A stretch of 64,000 nt of DNA from Eledone cirrhosa (GCA_964016885.1 OZ024741.1:64418001-64482000); one strand, 5' to 3'; counted from the first letter of the stretch, positions 1 to 14,891 are shown. Notes: generated by a model from the sequence alone, not told the origin. Numbers and translations are program-made.

Positions 1-3000
1 GCCCACCCCACACACAACAACACCACCACCACAACAACAACAACAACAACAACCACAACAACATGAAAAAATAACAACACAAGACACTGTTCCACCCAAC
101 CCTTCCCCACCTAAAACAAATACAAAAGCAACCACAACAAACCCCAAAATATACCCCTCCCCAACAACACGGACGAGGACCCCTTATCGACGTCACCCAG
201 TGACGACGAGGGAGAACCCTTTCAACCTGTAAAATAAGGAAATAAGGCACCACATTAACAAAAATGCAACAAACACACAACCACCAGCACAAACAGAACA
301 AACATCACAAACAAAAAACTCACCCCTCCCGAAAACGTAATACATACTACAAAACGCAAACACACACAAGAACAACAAACAAAAACAAACACAACACAAC
401 AAAAACAGTATACATACATCAACACAAACAACAAAACACTTGTGCAAATAATAGAGAACAACTCTTCGGTGGAAACCGAAGAGAAAATGTACACCAACGC
501 GGCGACTAAACCGCATTTTAAAATGATTAGGGTCCCAAGGGACACCTACGCAATGCTCAGACAGAACTTTACCGAGGACGTGGGGTACCCCTGTACTAGA
601 CCTAGCAACCGCGTCCTCTTGAAATGTTTCCCCACCACCACCCCAGATACCCCTCCCCCACGAAACACCCCCACCCCACCGATTTGATCTGGCCGATAGA
701 TATCGACTAGATTTTCCGACTGTGCCACTGTGGACGTGGACTAATCGCAGCGGAACATCTAGGTCATACCTAAATAGGTTCCTAGTTAGAAATAAGGATA
801 GGGACATATTAAGCTGTCCACGAATGTTCATGGTTGACTATTCGGATCACAAGTTGGTGACCGGAGTGATCAACCTTGATAGAACTCATAGACAGGGACC
901 CGGTTACTGGAAGCTAAACTTGTCCTTACCGACAAACAAAGCTTACAGTGGTGGGAAATTAGAATAGAATCGATAGGTTTTAGTCAGGAGTTAGCATCAG
1001 ATAGGAATAGAACTGAAAGGGAATTGATAGATAGAGTAGAAGAGGCGATTAGGAGTGGCAACGTGGCCGGCGTGCTGGCGTCAAGAACGGCCCTAGACCA
1101 GTTCTTTGATGCGAAGCACGAGGGCTGCGTTGTCAGGAGTAAAATACGTGCTCTGGGTAACGAGGGAGTCAAAGCTATTAGCTGGGCCCGAGTGACAGAG
1201 GGAAAAAGTGGAAACAAGTCCACGATTCGGTCTTTGAAGGACCAGGATGGACGCGTGATCCTTGAACCTGAGCGGATATGCGCGGCCTTTCAACGGCGCT
1301 TTACACGACTGTTCGGAAGGGGCGGTGGGCCGGTTGAGGCCATGGATTTCGGTCCATACCTCGACGGTCTGCCGCGGCTCTCAGACGGGGAGGCGAAGTC
1401 CTGTGAAAGGCCGATTTCAGCTGCTGAAATAGGGGAAGCGCTGAGCCAATGCGGCAAACGCAAATCTCCGGTTTCGATGGTCTACCATGCGAACTTTATG
1501 TAGCGATGCCGGACTTCTTTTCCGATCTCCTCGAGGCGGTCTACAGCAACTTGCAACAGAACGGGAGAATTCCCAGTTCTGTGACCAAGGGCGTAGTCAC
1601 GCTGGTGAGGAAGGACGAGAACAAGGGGGATGACATAGATAACTTCAGGCCCATAACTCTGCTAAACACAGAGTTAAAGATTTTGGCCAAGGTGTTAGCG
1701 AAGAGGTTGGGGCTTGTCGTCGGGAACCTGGTGGGAGAAACGCAGACATGCGCAATCCCGTCCGGGTCCATACACGACAACCTCCACCTCATGCGATACA
1801 TCGTAGAGAGGGTAGGGAATGAACCCGGCTTTGGTGGGGCCCTGATCAACGTGGATCAATCTAAGGCGTTCGATAGGGTCGACCATCGGTACCTGGATGC
1901 GGTGCTCGCGGCGGCAGGCTTCGGACCCGTTTTCAGGGGCTGGATTGCTGCAATGCACAGCAGCAACACCTGCTCGAGGGTCAAGGTGAACGGCTACCTC
2001 TCGGAGCCGTCCCAAATCGCGCGATTCATCCGACAGGGATGCCCTCTCGCCTCCCTTCTGTATGTGCTGTCTCTCGTGCCACTACTGCGGAAATTGGAGC
2101 TGTTGCAGGGAATCCCCTTGGAACCGGGATTGCGGAAAGCGGTGTCGGCCTACGCCGATGATGTGACAGTACTGGTGTCGTGCGCCTCGGAAATCGGGCA
2201 GATCGGCACCTTACTGGAGGAATACAAAGGGTTTACAGGAGCCAAGCTGAACCGGGACAAGTCCGTCGGTTTGCAACTCGGAACGTGGAGAGGCAAACCG
2301 ATGCCCTCCGACGGCGTCGTCGGACGCTGGGAGGAGGGACCGGTGAAGCTGCTCGGGGTCTAGTGCGGACCGGACCTCCAGGTGGAGAAAAACTGGGACG
2401 AGGTAACGGGCAGGCTGTTTGCACTCGCCCAGAAGTGGGCCGAGTGCAAACTATCCCTGAAAGGTCAAGCGGAGGTGGCGAACACTTATATAGCGTCTGT
2501 CATCTACTACCGCTTGACCGTCGTGCCTTGCCCAGCGAAAACGCTCGCCAAAATCGAGCGCGCGCTCTTCCGATTCCTTTGGAAGAAGCGGGCCCTTTTG
2601 GTGAGAAGATCCATCTGCTGTCAACACCCTTCGAACGGAGGGATGGGGATGCCGTGGCTGACGATGCGTAGACACGCATTAAGGCTACGGCACCTCCAGG
2701 TATTCCTCACCGGTCAGCCTGTGTGGGCCCCTTTTGTGAGGCGAGCCTTTCCGAGACTCGTCTCACTCACCGAGCTGCAATCCTGGGTCAAGCAAAGACC
2801 GAGAAAAGTGGGCGACTGGCACATTGTATGTGCCCAGGCGCTCACGGCCCTCTGGCAAGCGGATCTGGCAATCAGTGGAAACTCACCCTCAACATTCTAT
2901 AGAGGGTTGGTGCGCAGCAGTGCGACGACGGTCTCGGAGAAGCTCTGGGCATGGAGGAAGACGAGCTAGCCAGTCTGTTCGGTGGGACGTTTGGCCCGGG

Positions 3001-3772
3001 ACCGATGGACAACTTCCCAAAGTTCCTGGCTTGGCAGTGCTACCGAGGAGCTCTACCCGTTCGGGACAAGCTCTACAGACACCAGCGCCCGAGTAGGGAC
3101 CCCTCGAAGAAGATCTGTCCGAGATGCGTGCGTTACGAGGAAACCGTCGCGCACGCATTCGTACACTGCCCGGGCGTTGCTGACCTGTGGGGCTATGTGG
3201 AACGACTACTGTCGCGGGTGGGACCAATCCAGTTGACCACCGAGTACATTGTCACGATCAAACCGCCTCCCCCTTCAAAAACGAAGGAGAGGCGGTTTTC
3301 CTCTGTGTGATAGCTATGGCGAAAGAGGTTGTATGGTGGACGAGGTTGAAAGGCCTGAGGTCAGACACTTTTCTCTTCGGCCAACAACTGGTTCTTTTTT
3401 TCAAGTACCATTTTAGAAGAAGGATCAGAATGGAGAGAGAGGTGCTCTACCCCAGCAAGTTTTATGAAAGGTGGGTGAAAGTGGAGAGAATGGCCCGAGT
3501 GAATGCGCCTTCTCTCTATATCTGCCTGTAGGTGAGAGAGGAGAAGAAGGAGGAGAGGAAGGGAGCACCCGCTCTTTGTGCTCCTGAGGAGGAGGGTTGC
3601 ACATTTTTTTGGGGGGGGGGGGGCGACCCACGTCAACGCCCCCTCCCTATTGAGGACTTCGATTGTTGAATTTGATTTGTTATATGTTTTTACACGTCCT
3701 TTGAAATGTATGTAAACTCCCCTCTTGTATTTGTCCCAATCTTTGATGTCCTGGTGGCAAATAAATAGAAAG
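1..3772 (+). mobile_element. Tx1/L1-clade non-LTR retrotransposon, degenerate (copy 1; runs off the left edge)
   Basis: Successive frameshifted ORFs: T/K/N-rich ORF1 tail; AP-endonuclease C-half (WTNRSGTSRSYLNR, YSDHKLV, GPGYWKLN); RT (FRPITLLNTELKILAK, DQSKAFDRVDH, IRQGCPLA, YADDV); C-terminal CPRC..ETVAHAFVHC; AATAAA then (TATC)n at about 3760-3790. Confidence 0.93.
1449..2363 (+). pseudogene. Reverse transcriptase portion of Tx1 ORF2 (frameshifted, stop at 2361)
   Basis: Non-LTR RT motifs KAFDRV, QGCPL, YADD; flanked by frameshift and TAG. Confidence 0.9.
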
Positions 3773-4818
3773 TTATCTATCTATCTATCTCTATGTCTGT
3801 CTGTCCGTTTGTCTATCTGTCTGTTTCTTTCCCACTCACTCTCACACACACATACACACATTCCTAACATCCCCTTTACATATTCCATATCACGTGTTCA
3901 CGTACAAGAAAACAACAATAACAACCCCACCACCACCACTATTGAAATTATTTAATCCAAATATAGAACGGTCAGAAATTTATTGTTTGGAGAACAAAGC
4001 CTATAAAGAAATTGAAATCCTACGTAAATGCATTACAATTGAAATTCAGTCGATTTGTAAATTATGTGTATCTGTATATATATAAAGACGAAGTTTTCTG
4101 CATGTGTGTGTATGTGGACAATTTTTAATGAGGGCTCATATATTCTAAACCATTCATGCGATTTCTTTGAAATTTTTTACAGAGCTTCTCCTTGCGCAAA
4201 ACCTGTACATGATCTACAAAGGCTTTCAAAAATCGATATTGGGGCCTTTGGAGACATTAAAAACGTTTCGGTTATTTGTGTCAATTTTCGTGATTAAATA
4301 AGACAAGAGTTATCTTTAAGTAAGACAAGAGTTATATTTCGTAATTCGGCTCATTCGAATTTTAATTTACTCTTTGTACTTGAAATAAAAGGTATGCTTC
4401 CTTGAGACTAACAATATCATTTTGTATATTTCACAACCAGCAATTTCTAACAGATTAAAGTTATAGATTTGACATTGTATAATTTATCGTTTCAAGCTTG
4501 ATGTTCATACATTAAGTGATCTCATAACTTTTACAATATTATTCTTTGTACATAATAGTGTCTATTATTCACTTCACTTCTCTATTTCATGATGCGCTTT
4601 TACTGTTGTCAAAAAAATGTATACCTAGACTGGATTTCTGTTGTTACATGGTATAACGGATGACACCGAGCTCACATATTAATTATTTCGCTGGAATCTG
4701 AGGCTTTCATGTTTACAAAAAGTACGTTTTTCTTCTATGTATTCAAATTTACTTTGTTTAGTTTAATGAGCTACATCGAAAGCTACTTGAACCGTCCAAA
4801 GGACGGGTAGTTTAGCTA

Positions 4819-4874
<56 letters not shown>

Positions 4875-4915
4875 GGAAAAAATGAAACGAAATTTCATTT
4901 CCCACTCTTAGTACG

Positions 4916-5262
4916 GCTGTTACTTAAATATAAGTATGTACACGTACATACATATATGTATACAGACGTACAGTAGTATGTATATATATATATACATACA
5001 TGCACACATATATACATGTACGTATGGATTCACCGAACATTTATTATAATGCTCGGTGTGTTTGTAAACAAACATCCCGTATTAAGCCGTAGTGTCTAGC
5101 AACCATCGTTGCTCGTTTGTTCAACACTGACAAAGGAACGCTGTACTAGTTTCAAGCTTATTAGCTATCGTCAGCAACGTATACCTTCCTGCCAGATTGT
5201 TGAACGTATATACTTACCTTATGCATATTAACGGCTGAGAAGCCCAATTTGCATCACTGATT
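4916..5262. repeat. Dispersed repeat of about 350 bp; inverted copy at about 30170-30500
   Basis: e.g. tagcaaccatcgttgctcgtttgttcaacactgacaaaggaacg (5100) is the near reverse complement of 30295-30337. Confidence 0.75.
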
Positions 5263-5361
5263 CTTTTCGTTTTCCATATTATTATACTCTGCTCCGAAGG
5301 AGCATAAAGTGCTCAACCGGCATACCGCCTACGGAAGCATTCAAGCAACCTTACCACAAAC

Positions 5362-5415
<54 letters not shown>

Positions 5416-6034
5416 CAAAGTTTGAAACCCACGACAATGCGGAATGGACGAATAAACAGATAATTAAGTTGTAAGAAATGAGGAGTGTCTTTTATCTTAA
5501 TTTATTTATATGTCCTGATATTTGGAGATTAACATATCTTCTTCCCAGGAAAATAAAGGAACTACTCCAGTGAAATGTACCCCTCTTAATATTTCTAAAT
5601 CTATGAGTTGCTTCTTCATATATATGTTGGTCTAGGACATAGAGTCCCAACCGATTTTGAGTCATCACCTACACATGGAAACATTTTCCACCGCCCACTC
5701 GTAGTAAATATTTAAAAGCATAATTCCTGATAGGCACTTTTCTGGACAACAAATGTAAACCGTCATAGAATGTTTACGAACCAGTAACAAACCATTACAC
5801 TTTTTTTTTTATTCTTACAAAACAATGTAAATAAACAATATTTGCATTACAAGATACTTACTTGAAAGTAACATAAATAGTAGAAACAGCAAATATTTTG
5901 GCACACACATATCATTTTTATGTATTATCCATGCGACCCCTATGTCTTGTGCAACGCAACTAGTGTAAACATATTGGCTTTAAAATTAATTATATTTAGC
6001 CACAAGACAACACGATTGCTTATATCCAGCAGAA

Positions 6035-6295
6035 AGATGCCGAGAACGAAAGGTCGGGGCCAAAGCAAGCGAAGCAGGGTCTGACGAAGCTGAATGACAC
6101 AGAGAACGAACGGTCGGGACCAAGGGAAGTGAGGCAGAGTCTAGTGAAGCTAGAGGACGCCGAGAAAGGTCGGGACCAAGGCACGTAGGGGCAGAGTCTA
6201 GTGAAGCCGAAGGACACAGAAAACGACCGTCGGGACCAAGGTAGGCGAGGCAGAGTCTAGTGAAGCTGAAGGACACTGGGAATGAACGGTCGACC
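6035..6295. repeat. GC-rich tandem repeat, unit about 55-61 bp, about 4.5 copies
   Basis: gtcgggaccaagg...gcagagtctagtgaagc recurs at about 6053, 6113, 6168, 6229, 6289. Confidence 0.85.
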
Positions 6296-6380
6296 TCTGC
6301 ATCTACAATCTAACTTCTTCTAGCTAGCAAAAAAAACGAGGACTTAAAATAATTTTTCCTTATTATTATTTGGGAATTAA

Positions 6381-6595
6381 GGGCAGTGGATTGGCAGTAT
6401 CGGTAGAGAGTCGGACGCCATGCTTTGCGGCATAGAGTTACGCCCCTTTATGATCTGAGTTCAAATCCCGCCGAGGTTAACTTTGCCTTTCATCCTTACG
6501 GGGTCAATAAAATAGAGTACCAGTCAGGCACTGGGTCGATTTAATCGACTTTTCCCTCCCCCAAAATTGCTGGCCTTGTGCCTATATAAGAAACC
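6381..6595 (+). mobile_element. tRNA-derived SINE (dominant family; Nin/Deu-like central domain)
   Basis: A-box-like TGGCAGTATCGG, B-box GTTCAAATCC, core actttgcctttcatccttacggggtc(g)ataaaa, 3' ggccttgtgcc..agaaac; more than 15 copies in the window. Confidence 0.85.
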
Positions 6596-6857
6596 AGCAA
6601 CTGTACCACATAACCACCGAGACAGTTATATTGCTGAAACGGTTTTTTGGGGGGGGTGGGGGGGAGTGATATTGCAAATATTTATCTTTAAATTCTTTAT
6701 TGTCTTGTGTTACACTAACATACACATTTTCTTAAATATATATCATCCTTGGATACCGGGTTCGATTATTCTATCAATTATCAAAGACTATTTTTACTAT
6801 TATTTATTTATTTATTTTTCATATTTTCCTGTAAAAATAACTAATCATATATATATA

Positions 6858-6947
<90 letters not shown>

Positions 6948-7123
6948 CGGTAAACTCATATATGTATTGCACATGACCTAACACCTCTTTTATCGTTACT
7001 TTCCGACTGGAAGCCAGATTCGTTGGAAAAATTCATTTCATTTCCCACGAGAGATTAATATAATTGTAAGAATTTACCAATTCAGCAACACATCATCTAC
7101 CTGGCAACGTAAAGTTTAGTAAC

Positions 7124-7156
7124 TACTAGCAGAATGGCTCGGCGTTGCTCGGGCTT
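7124..7156 (+). mobile_element. Helentron/HINE-like 5' terminus (also 27150 and 45133)
   Basis: ACTAGC..CCCGGCGTTGC.CGGG subterminal hairpin repeated three times. The 45133 copy is followed by caagttttgtgaaaatcggtt, typical of DINE/HINE cores. Confidence 0.45.
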
Positions 7157-7890
7157 CTAAACATAGATTGGCATGTTTATCCCTCCTTTCTGAAACAGTA
7201 CAGAGAAGTACGAAATACCTCGGCCTGGGGATTGGGTCTACATTTTGTACTTAGGCAAATCATTTTCCATTAAGATTTTTCAAAAGCATGTAATTGTGAT
7301 TTCCGAACTGTTGATTATTTAATTGCTGGCCTTGTGGCAAAAGTAGTGGCACTTTTGGGGTGGCATATCGGCAGTAACAATGACGATAAGCCGTCTGTGC
7401 TTTCGTGAAATAAATACGTTTGTTTACATTTTGTTTTTGTGTTTGCAAAAATATCTGTACACGAATTTATAATTATAAGGTAGAGTTAATAACTCATACT
7501 GAAACCCTGTAATTAACAAGCTCAACATCTAATGCTAACAGGCACACAAAAATGAAAATCTTGTATTGGACTGTTATTTCTGGTCAATCCACTCACACCA
7601 CTTTTGACTCGCAACGCACGAGGTGAGATTTTCACTTTTGTGTGCCTGTTAGCATTAGGTGTTTGTCGCATTTAATCGGATTCTCTCACTGATGATGCCC
7701 GTGGATTATCTGTTACAAACACACTCAGGGCGAAACAGATTAATCACTAATCTCTCTGGCAGATATAATAGTTATCGAAGCGGTCTGTATATATTTTTAT
7801 CTTTCTGTCTGTTTCATCGTTAAATATTTCAAACAAATGTGGTTCTTCAACCCTCGTAAGATTAGACACACGATTTACTGTGTATATTAC

Positions 7891-7960
<70 letters not shown>

Positions 7961-8829
7961 TAACAGATTAAAGTTTAAACAAAGAATCGCTGCTTTCACC
8001 CTTAACGGGATCTTCTGAAACTAAAAAAATCAAAATCAATCTGTGAACGCAGAAGTAAATATTTCGAAAACGTTGCAACCGAAGGAAAACAGGAAGACGA
8101 TACTTTGGTTCGTGAAGACGTTGCCTGACAATGAACGGAAAATAGCGAAGATAATACGTCAGCAATGAGAACAATGTTTTCATAATGTCGTAATGCAGAT
8201 AGTCCGACATACAGACAGATATTATAAGGGCTTGACGTTATAGCTATGTATCTATCTAAAAAGACAGACTAAGAAAGAGAGAGGGATCGCTAACCGACGC
8301 CTAACACCCCTTTAACAACAGAAAATTGAAAAATAAAAGCTGCAGTTAATATCTTTAGACCGCAAGGCATATATAAATGCAAGTTTGAAGTCAATCGGAG
8401 TAGAAATGTGGATTTGTATAGATTTTTCAAAAATTACGACACACACATAGACAATTTCAGTTTTATATGTATAGATAAGAAAATGAAAATATATACGTAA
8501 CATATACGCAATGAAAATTATACGTAATATAATACAGTACATACAAATGTGAAATGCAAAAACTGACCAGTAGCACATTAATGTAAATACGTAAATGCAA
8601 TATGTAAAAAGTGATAGATGCATAAACGTTAAATGGAAACATAATATATACGCAATAAGTCAAACGTCATATATAAATATACTAACATCTTAGTGTCAAC
8701 GCTGTCATAATGCCGAAACGTATCCAATCTACCATAAGGTTAAACTCATCTATCAACGCAAAACGTTACTTAAACTAAGTACAGTAAGTTATATCTACTT
8801 ATAGTGATATGTATCATTATAATACCTAC

Positions 8830-9845
8830 AAAAAGACTTTCTTTCCGCATCTGAAAAAGTTTGAATGAACTCATCAAACAACATCATCTTTAGAACACTG
8901 CTCTCTACATCCTGTAGACAGAAAGAACATAGTATTGTGTGAGTCATCATAATTCTCACTTACATCTTTATAATAGATAATTTGATGAATGATCTGATAT
9001 CTTCTTCAGGTGTTTGTTTCAAGTCACTTTCAATATCTCGGAGTATATTTTAAATGTAGTCACACCCATTTATGAGGGCTTCAGCTCTTACTGACCAATG
9101 TGAGTTTGATATACGAGGTGTGTCAAGATCGCAGCAGCTATGCAATTAATGATCTCGTTTGAATATCACTTGAAAGTCCAGAAACTGTGCAGTTAGCATT
9201 TTTCTTCACGAAATCTAAATGAGATCTTAAACAATCGTCATATTCCGCTATTGTTTCACATATAACCAGAAAATTACCTTTATTGTTTGATCCTTCTGTT
9301 TCATCGGGTCCTCGAAATGGTAATTCTTGACAGGCCAAAATTTCAATACAATGAATTTACCTTTTCAATCAATCAGGATTTTTCTCGCCTGATCTATTAT
9401 GCAAATGGATCGAAGCTGCATTCCAGTGATCAATCACTGTATCAATTCATTGTCGGCCAAAGGTTTTCATAGCAATTAAGAAATTCAGATGGTTATGAGA
9501 TTCTTTTGTGTCATATCAAAGCTGTAATCAAATTCTTCAAATCGCAGCAGCCGGTAGTTATCTATGGGTTTTTATGTTGACAAAATAACAGACATGGGAA
9601 TCAGAACAATTTGTTCAGAATTGGACATCCCTTCATCCACTCATACTGTTCATAATACTTGGAATCAAAATAATGATAACATTCCTTGTTGCCCACTTTG
9701 GTTTTGATTTTCAGTTTAAACTTTGGCATCTCTCTTGCGAGAATGATAATATTCTTTTTCTCCTCGAAGATTTTTGTTGCAAAATATCGGGAAAGTAGAG
9801 AGGAAACTGAGCTAATTGACTCTTTTGCCATCATGTGGATGAATG
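8830..9845 (-). pseudogene. hAT (ZMYM1/DUF4371-like) transposase remnant
   Basis: TTF-like zinc-finger start (YFDSKYYEQYEWMKGCPILNKLF) and QELPFRG.DE...SNNKGNFL...AEYD motif. Confidence 0.8.
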
Positions 9846-10173
9846 GAAACGTGAAAAATGTTTTTTCGTTATAGATTTTTTAAATGAATCGAAAGCTTTA
9901 GTCTAACAAAACAATTAGGTGCAAGTTCACCTTTTTACGTAATTTCTTTTTTAATTATTTAAAATATTTATAATTAAATGTTAAAGTATTTGATGAAAAC
10001 TTTGCCTTTTTAATTAAAAAAAAAAGAAACTTTGCCGACTACTTCTTTTCATTCCAAGTATGAACTGGTCAAAAACAAAATTCTGGGTAGTGGTGACATG
10101 ATTGAATCCGGATATTAAAAGCAGTAAAAAGGAACTTTTGGCGCGACTTAGGGTCACCAAACGTTCCGCATCC

Positions 10174-10463
<290 letters not shown>

Positions 10464-10884
10464 GATTGCTGTAAAAAATCTATCAAAAGTTTTAATATTT
10501 GTACGGTGTTAAATTGTGTCCAAGTTTTTCTTAGTACGTATTTTATTTGATGTATATATTAAATGAAAATCTGTAACATTACGTCATGGATTTGTGAAAC
10601 AAAAGCTATACTCTAAACTACACTTAAAACATTTTAAATATCAAAATATTAAAACTTCGTAAATATTTTCTTCACTCATGAGAATTTCAAAACAGCTCCA
10701 TATTGTGTTGACTAGTTGCCTCGGCTTATAAACGGATTTTGGATTTTTCTCAATTTCTCAGACGTAAAACAGGAGGGGTCGGATTATATTCGAGTATATA
10801 GGATATTTAATTTCTTTCTTACATACACATTGCCTGTGCATCGCGTGCTCATATTGGTACCACCACCAGTAATTCATTGAATCA

Positions 10885-10957
<73 letters not shown>

Positions 10958-10974
10958 AAAACAATAATGCTGAC

Positions 10975-11635
10975 AAAGTACCAGTAATAATGTACTGGGT
11001 AATTTGCTGGCCTTGTACCAAATGTAGAAACAGTTATTTGTATGAGATCTCGTTCGTCGCAAGGGGAAAAACTCTGTCTTTTTTTTTTTTTTTATTATTC
11101 AGGAGGAATGACTCTTGCTAATTTTGTGTTTATTTTGTGAAGCTTATTGTTATTATATTAAATCCTTACGGGGTCGATAAAATAAAGTACCAGTAATGAA
11201 CTGGTTAATTGCTGGCCTTGTGCCAAAAGTAGAAACAATTATATTAAGGTGTGTTAGAGCGGTGGATTGGCAGAATCGGTAGAGCTTAGTGGCATAGAGT
11301 TATGGTCCTTTACGTTCTGAGTTCAAATCCCGTCGAGGTTAGTTTTGCCTTTCATCCTTACGGGGCTGATAAAATAAAGTACCAGTAATGCACTGGGGTT
11401 GATTTAATCTATTTTCCCTGTCCCCAAAAATTGTTGGCCTTGTGCTTAAATCAGAAACCATTTTGGCAGTTTCGGTAGAGAGTCGGACACCATGCTTTGA
11501 CGCATAGAGTTACGGCCCTTCCCATTCTGAGTTCAAACCCCTTTGCCTTTCATCCTTACGGGGTCGATAAAATAAAGTACCAGTAATGTACTGGGTAATT
11601 GCTGACCTTGTTCCAAAAGTAGAAACAATTATATT
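10975..11635 (+). mobile_element. Cluster of 4 whole/partial SINE copies; last two bracketed by a direct repeat aattatattaaggtgtgtt (likely TSD)
   Basis: Copies at about 10975, 11163, 11258, 11465; the 19-bp direct repeat is at about 11238 and 11628. Confidence 0.8.
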
Positions 11636-12059
11636 AAGGTGTGTTTGCGAAACGTAGTATATGTAAGTATTTCTATGCAAATGTATGCATCGTGCTGCCT
11701 GGTTATTTAAGATGGTTGTAGATTTGTGACATTACTGCGAGTAGGTGTGTGTTCATGTGTGAGCACTTTCGAAACGTTTCGGTTTTACTGTTGGAGGACT
11801 TCAAACCTTGCAATATTCTGCATTTCTCACTCATATAAAATGAATACCCTTTGATTCCTTTAATGTAGGGCATGGATTACTAAAAAATGCTCCATTCTAT
11901 CTTGTATGGTATATTCTTGTCTTTAAGCTCCCATACTTAGGTGGCGAGCGCAGTTGTTCTTCTTGTGTGTTGGTGTCTAAATGACCCGATAAGTGAGTAG
12001 TAGAGCTGTTTAAGGCGGTCTTGTGTCTACCCACATTTCGTTCATCTGGAGCCGTTTGG

Positions 12060-13190
12060 TCTTTTACTAACCACTTAATAATATCACTAACAAATACCAG
12101 AACACTAAACCTATCACCTATAATATCGTTCAACACTAAAAGATATCGTTCAACACTTAAAGATGGATAAAAGGACGGAACGCTTAGCCAAACGTAGTGC
12201 ATATATTGCTTTGAAGAATCATAAACAAGACTTTGATAATATGCCTAGTTGTAGATTGATAAACCCCATAAAAACTAAGATAGGATTACCCAGTAAGAAA
12301 CTACTAAGAGATACAAATAAACGTACAAATAGTAACGCCAACATATTACAGTAATACGTCTTCAGTAATATCGTGGTTCAATAATATCCCTGATAAAAAT
12401 AAAGCTAGGTTCACACAATTTAGCATCACGGACTTTTACCCTTCTATTACTCGTTCAATATTAGATAGAGATTTATATTTTATCTCTGGCTTCGGCCTGA
12501 TTACTGACCAAGAAAACACTATTGTTTACAAGCGACTCCACTTAAATTAAAAACTCAAAATACAGAGGACCATTCGACATTTCGATGGGCTCGTACAACA
12601 GCGCAAATGTCTGTCATTGGGTTGGATTATTTATCCTTCATACCCTCAAGGAGAAATTCTCAGACAACACCATTGGCTTATATCGTGACGATGGCCTGAC
12701 AGTGTCCCATAATAACAATGGCTATTCCCATGATAAGTTCCGTAAGAACCTAATACAGACCCTCAAGGATTTGAGCTCAGGATAAGATGGAGTATTATTA
12801 ATTCAACAAAACAATATGGAGGAGGTAGAAATAGACGCAATCTTTGTTTGACGGAAGCATTTGAAATAATAACTTCTAAAATTTGTCTTTTCAGCTCTAG
12901 AATTAAGATAATCACTTCTTGTCTACACAGAACCTTTCACTCTTTCTTTTATAAAAATCTTCGAACCTGATTAATTATATCTGTCTAGATTCCAGCTTTT
13001 TTTTTCTTAACGCATAGAATAATGGTCTCATATATCTTTTATAACCTGTCTCTAGATTAAACTATCTTATAAACTTTATTGAACTACCCATCTTAAACCT
13101 CTTGAATTGAAATTTTATTTCATAGTTAGATATGTATAGGTGTGTGAAGTCTATATATTTGTAAGTGCATTAGTATCTGCGGGTATGTGT
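12060..13190 (+). mobile_element. Hydra-clade Penelope-like element, degenerate, internally deleted (RT N-half joined to C-terminal end and 3' region)
   Basis: AYIALKNHKQDF..PSCRLINP, DFYPSI, FDISMGSY..A.VC..VG, IGLYRDDGL; after about 12800 NLCLTEAFEII...SCLHR C-terminal motif. Confidence 0.8.
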
Positions 13191-13198
13191 GTATGTGT

Positions 13199-13268
<70 letters not shown>

Positions 13269-13308
13269 AGTCAAACATGTAAAATTTGGCTTCGTTTATT
13301 ATAAATTC

Positions 13309-13363
13309 TCTGCTATATATATTTCGGTGACAGCTATTATTGGCTGTGACCTCTTCAGGAAGT
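13309..13363 (-). ncRNA. Minimal type I hammerhead ribozyme
   Basis: Reverse strand: cttc CTGAAGA ggtcacagc-caataata-gctgtcacc GAAA tatata TA gcag. Stem I has one mismatch. Confidence 0.65.
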
Positions 13364-13501
13364 CCGAATTGGTGTGGAAGAGACAGGTACACATGTTGTT
13401 GAAGTGTGTTCCACTTTGTCAATACATCGATATGTCCAGCTCCTGGGTGTGTTGTTAGTCGTCCGAGGAACTAGAATCATATCAACCAACCAACATATAC
13501 T

Positions 13502-13576
<75 letters not shown>

Positions 13577-13577
13577 A

Positions 13578-13640
<63 letters not shown>

Positions 13641-13840
13641 TGTGTGTTGTAATGTACATGTGTATTTTTGTGGTTGTGTATATATATGTGTGTATATGTA
13701 TCCCGGGTTCAATAGAGGGTAGCCATAGTAAGTAAGGTACTCAATGTATAGTAGAGTATATGCAATATTTAATATAGAAATGGCTTCTACAGGACTAGAA
13801 CTATTTCATTCGAAGGAAATCATCAAGGCTTTCCTGATGA

Positions 13841-13950
<110 letters not shown>

Positions 13951-14099
13951 AAAAAGGGATGAAATCGAAAATGCAACTGAAGTCTTATTTTTTTTTAAAT
14001 ATATATATTTATTTGGTTCCTTTACCGGTTTTGCAGTTCTTCTGCTTTTCAAAAGGTGAGTTGTATACACACATACACACATACACACATACACACATA

Positions 14100-14283
14100 C
14101 CCGCAGATACTAATGCACTTACAAATATATAGACTTCACACACCTATACATATCTAACTATGAAATAAAATTTCAATTCAAGAGGTTTAAGATGGGTAGT
14201 TCAATAAAGTTTATAAGATAGTTTAATCTAGAGACAGGTTATAAAAGATATATGAGACGATTATTCTATGCGTTAAGAAAAAA
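14100..14283 (-). repeat. Inverted copy of 13000-13190 (PLE 3' region)
   Basis: cccgcagatactaatgcac...ctatgcgttaagaaaaaa is the near-perfect reverse complement of 13000-13183. Confidence 0.9.
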
Positions 14284-14600
14284 ATTTCCAAGTCTTCCCA
14301 TTTTACCTTTGCGCTAACAATACAACAGAACAAATGCGAATAAATAAGGAAAATATGTTTATTCAAAAATATAGACCAACATTAAATAAGGTTTAATATA
14401 CATTATGTCAACACCACAATATGACATACACACACACACATAACACCTACTTTAGAAAATAAAAACCCGAACTAAATAAACCTTAAACATACGTTTGCAC
14501 TGGCAATACAATAGCAAACACGAAAAAGTCAGGAAAATATGTTCATTCAAAAATATTCCTACTAAAGGAATCATTTTCCTACACACACACATACACACAC

Positions 14601-14631
<31 letters not shown>

Positions 14632-14891
14632 TCTCTTCATCTTAACATGCTAACCATACTCCCACACACATAACACCCATACACACACATAAAAACCCCC
14701 ACACCTACAACACCCTCCCCATTTCTACTAATAGAACCACTTTCCTACACACATATATATATACACACACACAAAAAATATATATTCTCTCTATCTAACA
14801 TACTCGCACACACACACATAACACCCATATACACACACACACAACTCCCTCCCCCATCTCTACTAATAGAATCATCTTCCAATACACACAT

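Noticed and set aside
6035-6295. CRISPR-like regular spacing
   Set aside because: The intervening sequences are themselves homologous (simple tandem repeat); eukaryotic context, no cas genes.
7680-7795. CTGATGA-gccc/gggc-GAAAC hammerhead
   Set aside because: Core and stem II present but no credible stem I; counted only as degenerate.
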